Shown here piece after piece: positions 34,544 through 44,159 of a stretch of 64,000 nucleotides of DNA. The DNA is from an uncultured Planctomycetales bacterium. Its GTDB lineage: Bacteria; Omnitrophota; Gorgyraeia; Gygaellales; Profunditerraquicolaceae. The stretch spans positions 188,290-252,289 of the forward strand of contig CAZYCL010000003.1 in assembly GCA_964645795.1 (NCBI GenBank). The letters are read 5' to 3'. How positions within the stretch are numbered: position 1 is the first letter of the stretch; each line of letters begins with the position of its first letter. Position numbers and translations under genes: made by a program. The notes under the pieces were generated by a model. The model worked only from the letters and a program-made list of their open reading frames with translations. It was not told the DNA's origin and did no database searches.

Positions 34544-35145
34544 TTTCTCCTCCTTTTCATTAATCCGAATAAACCCAATCCCAAAAGCGAAAGGCTTGAC
34601 GGCTCGGGGACAACTCCTGCTTCGCTATACAGCCTAAGGCCAAAATCATAATTCTCAGCAACATAAAATCCAATACCTGGTTGCCGGCCGTAATACTGCA
34701 GCGAATCCGGAGGAGTCGCGCTTCCAGGCATTGCTCCACCGCTTGCACTGTCAGTCTCAAAGAAAACCCAGTAATCCGTATCCTTGCTTAATTGAAAATC
34801 CACATCAAAACTCCTCCAGGCCGCCGGCTGAAGGCTTGTTAATGTTTCGGTATAGCTGTATAAAAGCGTATCCGGAAGCAAATCAAGATCTGAATCAGTG
34901 TAAATAGTAGTCCTATACTCTCCCGCTCCGTTTGAATAAACATTCATCCAGCCCTCTATCTTATCTATATTATAATCCTGGCTGAAATTTACCCTCTTGC
35001 CGAGCCATTGCCCGGAATTAAGGCTCCAGCCATAGCTGGAATCCGATCCAGGACCGGTATCATAGATAAGCGCCGCCCAACATGCGGAGCTTATAAATAC
35101 GGTAAATACCATAACGCTCATGACAAAAAACAACTTCTTAACCAT
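34540..35145 (-). CDS. PEP-CTERM sorting-domain protein 7 of 8
   Basis: Signal peptide; C-terminal VVPEPSSLSLLGLGLFGLMKRRRK. Confidence 0.75.
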   Translation of the reverse strand: MVKKLFFVMSVMVFTVFISSACWAALIYDTGPGSDSSYGWSLNSGQWLGKRVNFSQDYNIDKIEGWMNVYSNGAGEYRTTIYTDSDLDLLPDTLLYSYTETLTSLQPAAWRSFDVDFQLSKDTDYWVFFETDSASGGAMPGSATPPDSLQYYGRQPGIGFYVAENYDFGLRLYSEAGVVPEPSSLSLLGLGLFGLMKRRRK

Positions 35146-35815
35146 TCCGCCTCCTCCTTTTTGTTGCTAATCCAAGCAATCCCAGCCCCAAAAGCGAAAG
35201 GCTCGCGGGTTCGGGGACAACGCCTGTTGTTTCTCCGAATACTATGTCATCTACAGCGTAACTGCTGGAATAAGTGACGTATCCGGTAACGGAAAACCTG
35301 ATCCGGGAAATGTCATTACCGCTGAGCGTCACAACATCCTTGCCCCAATTAGGGTAAGTCCCGGGGTTGGTCACCAAAACACTGTCCAGCACCGTCTGGT
35401 GATCATCGGCAAGGGCAAAAACAGTTATCACCTGGTCCCATGCCCAAAAGATAGACGCGGTTACTTCTCCGCTGTAAGGGGCGATAAAATCCATGCATAT
35501 GTCGTTTACGTATTCGCTAAAGCCTATAGCGTGCCGGTTAACCAGGCAGTTCGGCGAAGAGCTAAACTCAGGATCCGGATAATAACTGATCCAATCTAAA
35601 GTACTTGGCGTACTTGGGAATTCGCCCCAAATCTCGTAACCGGAAAATAAAACCCCGTAGGCAGCGTATTGGTCGGTAATGTAATCCCATGCGGGGACCG
35701 GGTCTCCGTTGGGGAAGACATCGAAGTTTATGGTAGTGGCTTTAGCGGGAGAAAAACTAAATAGAATAGAAAAAGACAGGATTGCTGCGAGTAGTAAGAA
35801 ACAAGGAGCCTTCAT
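35138..35815 (-). CDS. PEP-CTERM sorting-domain protein 6 of 8
   Basis: Signal peptide; C-terminal VPEPASLSLLGLGLLGLATKRRRR. Confidence 0.75.
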   Translation of the reverse strand: MKAPCFLLLAAILSFSILFSFSPAKATTINFDVFPNGDPVPAWDYITDQYAAYGVLFSGYEIWGEFPSTPSTLDWISYYPDPEFSSSPNCLVNRHAIGFSEYVNDICMDFIAPYSGEVTASIFWAWDQVITVFALADDHQTVLDSVLVTNPGTYPNWGKDVVTLSGNDISRIRFSVTGYVTYSSSYAVDDIVFGETTGVVPEPASLSLLGLGLLGLATKRRRRNG

Positions 35816-35965
35816 ACCCTGGGTTGCTTAATCCCCCCTAGTAGCAAAAATAGTTTAAGAAAAGGCGCCCGCTCTTTTTTTGTAAAGACCGAGCGCCTTT
35901 TTCTTTTTGGTTAAGAGCTCTTTTCCACAAAAGAAAAGGGCGCTTAATCTTATATTGCTATAAGA

Positions 35966-36766
35966 CTAAGCAGCTCTTCTCCTTCTTAATGCTAAACCGG
36001 CTAACCCTAAGCCTAAAAGGCTCATAGTAGCTGGTTCAGGTATTACGTTGGCGATGGTCGGGTCATTGAAGCTCTGCGACCATAGCTGTGATTCATTCTC
36101 AGGCGTAACGGGGCTGTTCAACGGAGGCTGAACGCCAAATGACATAAACAGGTCGTTACCCGACCCGTTAATATCACCGCCATCGAGATATGGGGCATAC
36201 CATCCTCCCGTGATATCTCCATAGCCATTACCCTTACCGGTTGCCGGAGCAGTGGTAGAAGTAACATCCTGTAATACTGTGGTAGTATTGTCTCCCGGAA
36301 CAAAACCAGGGACGAAATTACCGGACAGCCACAGCGAGCTACCCACGATATCCGTAACGGTATAATAACCGTTAGCAGCATATCTTCCACCAGCGCCTTG
36401 ACCAGTGTTATACTCACCGGTATGGCTACCAGCCGGAACGTAGTAAATATCAAAGCTACCGCCGGACTGATAAACATAGAAACCCATGCTGCCACCAGGA
36501 GCATAAGCAGTATCAGTTAGGCCATAGATCATAGCGTACATACGCTCACCGCTTGCCAATGGCGACCACAACTGCGAGGATCCACCTAGAGTCTCAATAC
36601 TGGTTATTGAAGCGATACCCCATGTCTCACCGCCGAGATAGCCGGATGACATAGTGTAGCCTGACATCTTTAGCTGTATAGGACCGGTGTACCCGCCCAA
36701 ATCAAAGGCGAATGCCGGAGATACGGCTACCGCTAACAACACAACTGCTAGTAATAACTTCTTCAT
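35966..36766 (-). CDS. PEP-CTERM sorting-domain protein 5 of 8 (Gly/Tyr-rich)
   Basis: Signal peptide; C-terminal IPEPATMSLLGLGLAGLALRRRRAA. Confidence 0.75.
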   Translation of the reverse strand: MKKLLLAVVLLAVAVSPAFAFDLGGYTGPIQLKMSGYTMSSGYLGGETWGIASITSIETLGGSSQLWSPLASGERMYAMIYGLTDTAYAPGGSMGFYVYQSGGSFDIYYVPAGSHTGEYNTGQGAGGRYAANGYYTVTDIVGSSLWLSGNFVPGFVPGDNTTTVLQDVTSTTAPATGKGNGYGDITGGWYAPYLDGGDINGSGNDLFMSFGVQPPLNSPVTPENESQLWSQSFNDPTIANVIPEPATMSLLGLGLAGLALRRRRAA

Positions 36767-36791
36767 TCTTGTTTCACCCCCCTTCTCTTTA

Positions 36792-37568
36792 TTATTTAAT
36801 AAACCTCTTTCTTCCTAATAAACCCAAAAGGCCTAAGCCCAGAAGCGACATGGTTGCCGGTTCGGGAACAACGCGCTGATCGGCTTCCTGCTGTGCCGCG
36901 AAAAACTCATTCTGCCTGAATATATAGCGAGTATTGGAGTTATCGCCAGATCCCCATTCAACGGTCATCATGGTAGCCCTGACCTCTCCATCGCCAAAAG
37001 GATAGATTATATAAATAGGTTTATCGGTGCCCTGGTCCAAGATTGTTTCGGTTCCCGCAAGCAGATCAGTAAAATATCCGTGCGAAGTGTAGTTCCATGC
37101 CTGGAACTGCGCTTCGGTAAGCTCTCCATACGGACCGTCAACTATCGGGCTTAATGGATCGGTGACGTTAACAGCCTGAGTATACTCCGCAACCCTATTT
37201 ACGCCTCCCGGCAGGTAATTCGGAGACTCCCATCCCGGATTTGCATCTTCCCAGCCCCAAAGGCAAGAGTGGGCTACCAAGATACCGCCGTTCTGAACGT
37301 AGCTATTGATCAGGCCAAAGTTGGTCGCCACATTATCATAGTAGGACTGCGGCTGATCAGAAGCATAGACTACGAACTGGTAATCGCTAAGGGTTGTGGC
37401 AGCTATCTGGCTTGATGCAATCTTGGTAAAAGATATCCCTATATCACCTAAGGTTTCGGAGTTAGAATTATACCCCCAAGGAAGGATGTCCTCGATCAAC
37501 AAGGCATCCGCATAAACAGCTGAAACAGAAAACGCCAATATTGCTAATACTAAAACCAGCTTACGCAT
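36792..37568 (-). CDS. PEP-CTERM sorting-domain protein 4 of 8
   Basis: Signal peptide; C-terminal VPEPATMSLLGLGLLGLLGRKR. Confidence 0.75.
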   Translation of the reverse strand: MRKLVLVLAILAFSVSAVYADALLIEDILPWGYNSNSETLGDIGISFTKIASSQIAATTLSDYQFVVYASDQPQSYYDNVATNFGLINSYVQNGGILVAHSCLWGWEDANPGWESPNYLPGGVNRVAEYTQAVNVTDPLSPIVDGPYGELTEAQFQAWNYTSHGYFTDLLAGTETILDQGTDKPIYIIYPFGDGEVRATMMTVEWGSGDNSNTRYIFRQNEFFAAQQEADQRVVPEPATMSLLGLGLLGLLGRKRFIK

Positions 37569-37585
37569 CCATGCTCTCCTTTCTG

Positions 37586-38278
37586 TTACTGTTTACGCCT
37601 TTTTAATCCTGCTAACCCAAGTAACCCTAAGCCCAGAAGCGACATAGTTGCAGGCTCGGGCACGGCATTCTGTACGTCACCTCTTATCTCAGCCAGCTTC
37701 TCGCTGTAAACAACGGTGCCTGCTTCATCCCTGGCAAAGATCAGAGCAAAATCATGATAAGGATCATAGTCTCCTGCGGCAAAAGCCCAATCAAAAGAAA
37801 CCGAATCCCCCGGATAGAGGACCACGTTCGGGAACAAAACGATCGAGCCATCGGTACCGCCAAATTCATCTACGTTAGTACTGTCATTACTGACCATGCG
37901 CATCATATAACTACCTTCGGTAGGGTTATAAACATCGCCGTGATAGGAAAACCCGGATGTAACTGCCTGGGCATATCCATCGCTGTCATACTGGTTATTA
38001 TCGCCTTCAAACCCCTCGAATATATCTGCGGCGTCAATGCTGCTATTAAACCAGACATTGTCTAGAAACATCCACGAATCAGCAGCTGTGTCGCCGTAAT
38101 TGCTTACTACGAAACCAAATGAACCGCTTATCAGCTGCTCGTCATCTCCGAGGGTGTAAGAATAATGCTGCCATCCGGTATGGCCGTAATCCGGCACGCT
38201 TATGGTGGCGTAAGCATTACCTAAGGATAAAAACGCGCTCGCTAACAGTGCTGCTGCCAACGCAAAACATTTGCTCAT
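37586..38278 (-). CDS. PEP-CTERM sorting-domain protein 3 of 8
   Basis: Signal peptide; C-terminal VPEPATMSLLGLGLLGLAGLKRRKQ. Confidence 0.75.
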   Translation of the reverse strand: MSKCFALAAALLASAFLSLGNAYATISVPDYGHTGWQHYSYTLGDDEQLISGSFGFVVSNYGDTAADSWMFLDNVWFNSSIDAADIFEGFEGDNNQYDSDGYAQAVTSGFSYHGDVYNPTEGSYMMRMVSNDSTNVDEFGGTDGSIVLFPNVVLYPGDSVSFDWAFAAGDYDPYHDFALIFARDEAGTVVYSEKLAEIRGDVQNAVPEPATMSLLGLGLLGLAGLKRRKQ

Positions 38279-38979
38279 CTTCTCCTCCTCTTTGCTGCCA
38301 ATCCTAATAGCCCTAACCCCAGAAGCGACAGGCTCGCCGGCTCAGGCGTTACTGCCCCTCCTATATAATCATTGGCACAGGTAGCGCCGCCATAGAAGAA
38401 CTGAAAACCGTGCTGCATGCCAGGCAAATAGCTTTCGTCCAATATCAGGCGTATATCGTAATCGGCAATACCGTTATTCTGATTGAGTGAAGGGTCATTG
38501 AGTATCCAGCTTAAGAAATTATCGCTGATAAGTTGCCCTGCCTCGATTGAAACAATCTGATTTTGATGATAAACGTAGCCGCCGGGCGGAGCAAAATCGT
38601 TGGAAATATACCAATCGGTCACGCTATAAAGGGAGCCTGCAGTAAACCCATCATGGTCCCTGAAGGCCACGCCGTACTCAAACACGCCGTCACCGTTAAA
38701 ATCCAAACCCAAATCCGCAGGCATGGTATTCCAGCTGCCCACGGTCTTTCCTGCCTGAGGATAATTAGTGAAGATATCAAAGGTAATATTGCCTGCATTA
38801 CGGGTTATATCAACACTGTAAAGCTCAAAAACAGCCGCTCCCACCCTATCGTAATTATCCGGGTTAGCCCCGCCTCCGGGCCAGGCATTGTTGACCGGGT
38901 CAACAAAAGTATAGGCAAAGGCAGAGGCCGGCATGATTACCATCGCCAGCACTAATCCTAATAAAAGGCTTCTCTTCAT
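38275..38979 (-). CDS. PEP-CTERM sorting-domain protein 2 of 8
   Basis: Signal peptide; C-terminal TPEPASLSLLGLGLLGLAAKRRRR. Confidence 0.75.
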   Translation of the reverse strand: MKRSLLLGLVLAMVIMPASAFAYTFVDPVNNAWPGGGANPDNYDRVGAAVFELYSVDITRNAGNITFDIFTNYPQAGKTVGSWNTMPADLGLDFNGDGVFEYGVAFRDHDGFTAGSLYSVTDWYISNDFAPPGGYVYHQNQIVSIEAGQLISDNFLSWILNDPSLNQNNGIADYDIRLILDESYLPGMQHGFQFFYGGATCANDYIGGAVTPEPASLSLLGLGLLGLAAKRRRR

Positions 38980-38981
38980 CT

Positions 38982-39611
38982 TTATTTAGCCTTCCTTCTG
39001 CGCAGCATTATCCCGAACAATCCGAGGCCCATCAAAGACAGGCTTGCCGGTTCAGGCACAGCTGCTGTGGTTATTTGAAGTTTAATCCCATTGTTCCAGT
39101 AATGGCAATCAGGATCGAACCCCAGGCCAAAATAATCGTTAGCGGCAAAGCTCTCAAGAAGCCCGAGCTGGGTAGGATTGAACAAATAGGTAAAATCCTC
39201 CGGATAACCTGTGCCGTTAGTATCGGTGTAAGAGGTCAAAAACGGCGAAAGCCCCCAGTTATCTCCTCCAACCTGCCCGTCGTACCAGCGCTTTGCGGTG
39301 CTGGAGTAAGTAGGCTTGGTGTTTGTCCCTATGATTGTGCCGCCGGTCTTAAATGGATCGTCCAAAAGATGGATATAAAGTATATTTAAATTGTTGTCCC
39401 AGTTATCTATATCATCAATAGTAAGCCTGGCGCTGACTATTTTCTCATTAGCGGGGATCACCCAGTTGATAAACCAACCGTAATAATAACTATGATCCAG
39501 GTCCTGCATATCTACAGGCTTTGGCTCAAAGGTAAAAGTAGTCATAGCGAAGGCGGGAACGGCTGTCAGAATTACTGCCGAGATAACTGCCAAAAGCATG
39601 AGCTTTTTCAT
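38982..39611 (-). CDS. PEP-CTERM sorting-domain protein 1 of 8
   Basis: Signal peptide; C-terminal VPEPASLSLMGLGLFGIMLRRRKAK. Confidence 0.75.
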   Translation of the reverse strand: MKKLMLLAVISAVILTAVPAFAMTTFTFEPKPVDMQDLDHSYYYGWFINWVIPANEKIVSARLTIDDIDNWDNNLNILYIHLLDDPFKTGGTIIGTNTKPTYSSTAKRWYDGQVGGDNWGLSPFLTSYTDTNGTGYPEDFTYLFNPTQLGLLESFAANDYFGLGFDPDCHYWNNGIKLQITTAAVPEPASLSLMGLGLFGIMLRRRKAK

Positions 39612-39623
39612 TCGTTCTCCTTA

Positions 39624-40493
39624 CTAGCGCGCGCCTTTACCTGTCAGGGCCACGACAAAGGTCTGGGCAAGTATGCGCATCTCCACCAACCAGCACATCT
39701 TCTTTATATAGAGTAAATCGTACTTTACCTTCTTACGCACATCCTCTATTGTCTCATCGTACTTATGGGAAACCTGGGCAAGTCCGGTAATACCGGGCTG
39801 GACCATCAGGCGCTTCTCGTAATCCATGATAAGGGTCTTTAAGTCCCTGACCATCTCCGGCCTTTCGGGGCGCGGCCCGACAATGCTCATCTCGCCTCTT
39901 GCCACATTAATTACCTGCGGTATCTCATCAAGGTGGGTCTTTCTCAGGAACCTGCCGATAGGGGTGATGCGCGGGTCATTCTCTCTTGCCCATACCGCTC
40001 CGGTAAACCTTTCGGCATCCACAAACATGGTCCTTAGCTTATAGATCTCAAAGACCTTGCCGCTGAGGCCTACGCGTTTTTGCTTATAGATTATCGGGCC
40101 CTTGGAAGTAAGTTTTATGATTGCAGCGCAAATAACCAAAACCGGCAGCGTGACGAACAAGCCGAAGCTGGCCAGAAGCAGGTCAAGAAGCCTCTTAAAC
40201 TTGGCAAAGCTCTTCTGGGCAAAACGCACGACCATGCTTCCCAGGCCTCCCAGCATCAATAACAACGTTGTGGGCTCAGGCGCATGGGAGCGTTCAGGCT
40301 TAGGCGGATTTAGATTTGAAAGGTCTATGGGAACGTATTTATCAGTAGGCAGGAAATCCTGATAAGAAACCCCCGGGTTGTTCAATGAAGCCGGCACAGC
40401 CAGGATAAAGCTATTTTTGAGCAGCGGCTCGGCAAAACACAAAATATTTAGGAACGCTGCGACACAAATTACTTTTAAGATTAATTTTCTCAT
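39624..40493 (-). CDS. Polyprenyl-phosphate sugar phosphotransferase (bacterial sugar transferase, EpsB/WbaP C-terminal-domain family) with an unusual N-terminal secreted segment carrying a PEP-like motif
   Basis: C-terminal domain KRLLDLL...VLVICAAIIKLTSKGPIIYKQKRVGL...IVGPRP typical of PF02397; N-terminal signal peptide then ..APEPTTLLLMLGGLGSMVVRFAQKSFAKFKR. Confidence 0.75.
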   Translation of the reverse strand: MRKLILKVICVAAFLNILCFAEPLLKNSFILAVPASLNNPGVSYQDFLPTDKYVPIDLSNLNPPKPERSHAPEPTTLLLMLGGLGSMVVRFAQKSFAKFKRLLDLLLASFGLFVTLPVLVICAAIIKLTSKGPIIYKQKRVGLSGKVFEIYKLRTMFVDAERFTGAVWARENDPRITPIGRFLRKTHLDEIPQVINVARGEMSIVGPRPERPEMVRDLKTLIMDYEKRLMVQPGITGLAQVSHKYDETIEDVRKKVKYDLLYIKKMCWLVEMRILAQTFVVALTGKGAR

Positions 40494-40636
40494 ATGTTGT
40501 TTTAGGGGATTGTTCTTGCTAGAAAATACTTTGTTCTACAGCCACGCTGCGGCAGAACTCCTTTTGAGGTATTTCTAGGCTTACTTTGTCAAACTTTTAA
40601 TTATTTGCTTAAAATCGCAACTTCTAATTTATATAT

Positions 40637-40653
40637 AGCAATTCCCATGCCAA
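40637..40653 (-). promoter_or_regulatory. Sigma-54 promoter (-24 TGGCAT / -12 TTGCT) ~150 bp upstream of the sugar transferase / PEP-CTERM array operon
   Basis: Minus-strand reading TTGGCATGGGAATTGCT matches TGGCAC-G-N4-TTGCW with correct GG/GC spacing. Confidence 0.5.
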
Positions 40654-40900
40654 CTTAGCTTAATCGGTATATTTTTTTAAAAATATTCTAAACCTTTGCA
40701 TAACAACATGTTAACAGAATCTGCTGCATGGATAATGTTTTCAAAAAAGAAAGCGTTTTCTTTTAATTGGTTGCCAATGTAGCTATTTAGCAACAATGCA
40801 ATCGGAGTTTACAACACATCATGTAAGACTATTATTAGCAACAAGTTGCAATCCCTAAAACAGTTACCAATATCAACAGGTGTATTGAGGGATAAGGGAG

Positions 40901-41521
40901 CTAAGGAAGGTATTTATCGACCAACGGGGCTGCCTCCTTGCAAAAAGACCTGATCAATGCAAGGGCTTTATTATAATCGCCGTCTTTGACTGCTGCCGAG
41001 ACCCTGATAAGGGCGCCGGCTGTCCTTTTTCCAAGCATCCTATCTATCACAACGTGTGCCTGCTGGCGAAGGTAATTAGGGGTGAAGAACTTCCCTGCTT
41101 TATACCAGTATACGATCATCTCCTGATTAGGCCCGTATTCGACTATAAGCTTCACGCCTTTTATGTTACCGGGCATATCTACGATGGCCTTGTTAGCTAC
41201 ATTTCCGCCGCTGCCCATAAGGCATACTTCAGGCGGATGGCTGACTTTGCGGTTGTCTTCGGAATAAACCACATATAGCTGCACAACCTCTCCCCTTTTA
41301 TTCTTGTAATCCCTCACAAAGAGGTTACGGGTTTCCAGTATCCGGAATACGCTCTCATCAAGCTTTATCTCTTCGGCCTTCCAATCACCGATATTCATCG
41401 GAAATGAGGCTACCTTCGTGCGGGAAGTAATATCCACCCTGGCAGGCAGGTAAGCGATGAGCGCCACAACGCCCGAGATAGCCAGGAACAGCATTGCTGC
41501 AATAAAGCTTCTATTGTTCAT
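40901..41521 (-). CDS. epsI: EpsI-family exosortase-associated protein
   Basis: 206 aa; N-terminal TM; conserved H-P-P-E-V-C motif (SHPPEVCLMGSG); adjacent to the exosortase gene. Confidence 0.7.
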   Translation of the reverse strand: MNNRSFIAAMLFLAISGVVALIAYLPARVDITSRTKVASFPMNIGDWKAEEIKLDESVFRILETRNLFVRDYKNKRGEVVQLYVVYSEDNRKVSHPPEVCLMGSGGNVANKAIVDMPGNIKGVKLIVEYGPNQEMIVYWYKAGKFFTPNYLRQQAHVVIDRMLGKRTAGALIRVSAAVKDGDYNKALALIRSFCKEAAPLVDKYLP

Positions 41522-41524
41522 ATA

Positions 41525-42340
41525 TCACTCCAGGAGCTTGCCGACCATTGATAACCCTGCAAAAGCAATAACAAATACCGCGATACCCATCGTGTCGTGG
41601 AACCAACCGGTGGCATATTTAGAACCGTAGATCTCGGATACCATGCTAAGGGCAACGATCCTGAAAACGTTGGCGCCGATAGCAATGGGCACGGCTGATA
41701 AGAATAAAACGGCTTTCTTTACGCGGGAGATATCCGTAAAATAGGCCATTAACGCGCCTAATGCGATCAGGGCGATCAATGACCTGATCCCCGAACAAGG
41801 GTCTTCAACTGATAAATAAGCATGCATGGTGCGAATAATGCTCCCATCCCTTATTGCCGGCACCCCCATGCCGTTGATTATCCCGGTAGCGATCTTAGCG
41901 GCAAATATCTTGAGTTGAAAGCTGATATTGGCAATGGCTACTAATGGCAGCGGCATCATAAAAACAAGGAATGACAGCGGGAACCAGAGGGCTTTTAAGT
42001 ACTGCCTGCCTAAAAAGATAAGGATCAACCCCGCCAGTGTAAGCAGCATCGAAAACGCAGAAGTAAAATATACCCTTAAAACAGCACTGACTATATGGAT
42101 CCCCATCCCCGCCCCAAACAATCCCCATCCCCAGCCCGCTAACCCGCTAACCCGCAAACTCGCTAACTGTTTTCTTTTCGTCCACACAATAAACCCACTG
42201 ATAAAAGGTATCAGGAAACCATGGCTATAATAGGTATCCTTGGCATTCCAGCGATCGATCATCCAAAGAATCGTAGGAAAATAGGCAATAATCGTCACAG
42301 CACCCAGAGTAACGATCTTATATAAGTCGATTTTCTTCAT
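41525..42340 (-). CDS. Exosortase (EpsH/XrtA-type transpeptidase)
   Basis: 271 aa, 8 TM; catalytic Cys in EDPCSGIRS, conserved Arg in ANVFRIVALS, conserved His in WFHDTMG. Confidence 0.75.
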   Translation of the reverse strand: MKKIDLYKIVTLGAVTIIAYFPTILWMIDRWNAKDTYYSHGFLIPFISGFIVWTKRKQLASLRVSGLAGWGWGLFGAGMGIHIVSAVLRVYFTSAFSMLLTLAGLILIFLGRQYLKALWFPLSFLVFMMPLPLVAIANISFQLKIFAAKIATGIINGMGVPAIRDGSIIRTMHAYLSVEDPCSGIRSLIALIALGALMAYFTDISRVKKAVLFLSAVPIAIGANVFRIVALSMVSEIYGSKYATGWFHDTMGIAVFVIAFAGLSMVGKLLE

Positions 42341-43479
42341 CAGCCAGCCTTCTCCCAGGTAACTTCCTGCTTATTATGTAAAAACCTGTATAATCCTACC
42401 ACGGCAGCCAAGTTCATCACACAGAACATATGTGGAACGTCAAAAAGCTTATTTTCCGTATTAAACGTCCCTCCAAGGATAGCCAGGCCATAAAAGGTGA
42501 TCTGCAGTAAGATGAATATACCATAGAATAAAGACAATTTCACAATAAAAATATTGCTAACGAAGACCGCCAGCAGCAGAAACGGCACCATTAATCTTAA
42601 GAATTTATGCGAAAAGAACTGCCAGGAGATTTTACCCTTAAATGGATTGAATAAATAACCTAAGTAATAAATTAACTGATAATTGCCCGCCAGGGTTCGA
42701 GTTTTGCGCAAGAACTCCTCTCTCGACTCCTTAAAGACTTTATCGTATACCTTCGCTCGCTTGTCAAATATCGCTCGATACCCCTTATCCACTATTTTCA
42801 TCGGGATATACACATCATCCAATATCAGATCTGCCGGCAGATCAGGAAACAACTCTCTTCTTATGGCATACAAAGCTCCGGTTGCGCCTAACATTGAACC
42901 TAAACGCGATTCTGACTTACGAATAAATTTCTCATATTTCCAGTATATACCTAAGCCTGCGGCTATTTTATTTTTATCATCGCTTTCGTAATAAAGCTCG
43001 CCGCTTACCGAGCCTACTTTCGGGTCCTCAAAATACTTGACTATTTCCTTAACTGCTCTTTCATCTAAGCGCTGCCGGCAATCACCAAAGATCAAAATAT
43101 CATTTTTTGCTTTTGAAGCAAGAAGATTAAGCATGTTAGGCTTACCTTCTCTCCTCTCTTTTCGATAAAAATAAAGCATAAACTTCGGTTTTTCCTGGAT
43201 AAATCTATTTACAATGCTATCAGTAGAATCGGTTGAGCCGTCAGAACCAATCAATATTTCAAGCCTCTCTTCGGGGTAATCCATGGATAAAAGACTATTC
43301 AGCTTATTTTCGATGTTTTTCCCTTCATTGTAAGCGGAAACAATAAGCGAAACAGTTGGGTAAATATACTTACCAATCGTCCTTTTTTTATAAAAATTCG
43401 ATAATAAATAAACTAGGATTGGATAGCCTATATAGGTATAAAGAATTAACGCTATAGAAACCCAAAAAAGAATCTTCAT
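42340..43479 (-). CDS. Family 2 glycosyltransferase with C-terminal TM segments
   Basis: SLIVSAYNEGKNIENKL GT-A N-terminus; DxD-like FGDCRQRLDE; C-terminal hydrophobic helices. Confidence 0.7.
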   Translation of the reverse strand: MKILFWVSIALILYTYIGYPILVYLLSNFYKKRTIGKYIYPTVSLIVSAYNEGKNIENKLNSLLSMDYPEERLEILIGSDGSTDSTDSIVNRFIQEKPKFMLYFYRKERREGKPNMLNLLASKAKNDILIFGDCRQRLDERAVKEIVKYFEDPKVGSVSGELYYESDDKNKIAAGLGIYWKYEKFIRKSESRLGSMLGATGALYAIRRELFPDLPADLILDDVYIPMKIVDKGYRAIFDKRAKVYDKVFKESREEFLRKTRTLAGNYQLIYYLGYLFNPFKGKISWQFFSHKFLRLMVPFLLLAVFVSNIFIVKLSLFYGIFILLQITFYGLAILGGTFNTENKLFDVPHMFCVMNLAAVVGLYRFLHNKQEVTWEKAG

Positions 43480-44159
43480 GAGATTAATTTACTCCTTAAT
43501 CTATCGTACGCTTTTGAACCTAACAGGTTTTTAATCGTATTTTTACAGCCATCTACTACCCTATCTTTTAGAGGCAGACCGTTCTCAATTACATATTTAA
43601 ATTTCTCTATATTCCAATTATGCCGCACGGCGATCCGGCCGATCCTAAACCCATCGCTGTCATTCGGGTTTGAGGTAAAGACTGCCCTGTATCCCGCATC
43701 TTTTATTCTATCAATGATGGCCTTCGTAACAAACCCCCTTGGAATAGAGAAATACTCGACTTTTTGCCTTAGCTTATCCTCAAGAATACTTTTAGATCCA
43801 TTAATCTCATGTTCAAGCTCAGCGGTTGTTAAGCCAGTCAAGATCCTATGGGACATTCCATGTGAACCTATAATCATTCCAGATACCGCCAATTCCTTAA
43901 CTTGAGCCCAGCTCATATACCCATCTGTACCTAATTTATCCGGCATTACAAAAAAATACGACTTTAAGCCTGATTCTTTTAGAATAGGGAACGCATTCGA
44001 ATAATTATCAGCTAATCCGTCATCAAAAGTTAAAAGTACATTGACTCGGCAGGCATACGCCATTTGTTTTTTAAAACTATCGACTAAAACTGCGTAAGCT
44101 CCTGCGCCGATCTCTTTAGTAACGCCGCCTATCGAATGGTACATCAACGCCCTATTCAT
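43476..44159 (-). CDS. Polysaccharide deacetylase family protein (PEP-CTERM-locus type)
   Basis: 227 aa; LTFDDG NodB motif 1, IGSHGMSH motif. Confidence 0.65.
   Translation of the reverse strand: MNRALMYHSIGGVTKEIGAGAYAVLVDSFKKQMAYACRVNVLLTFDDGLADNYSNAFPILKESGLKSYFFVMPDKLGTDGYMSWAQVKELAVSGMIIGSHGMSHRILTGLTTAELEHEINGSKSILEDKLRQKVEYFSIPRGFVTKAIIDRIKDAGYRAVFTSNPNDSDGFRIGRIAVRHNWNIEKFKYVIENGLPLKDRVVDGCKNTIKNLLGSKAYDRLRSKLIS

Noticed and set aside
35870-35960. Possible terminator between PEP-CTERM genes 5 and 6 (aggcgcccgctc ... gagcgcct)
   Set aside because: The stem is imperfect and poorly followed by a T-run on the transcribed (minus) strand; too weak to call.
42110-42180. C-rich repetitive DNA (ccccatcccc / gctaacccgctaaccc) inside the exosortase gene
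   Set aside because: It encodes a Gly/Trp-rich loop (GLAGWGWGLFGAGMG) in frame and keeps the ORF intact; judged coding low-complexity rather than a separate element.
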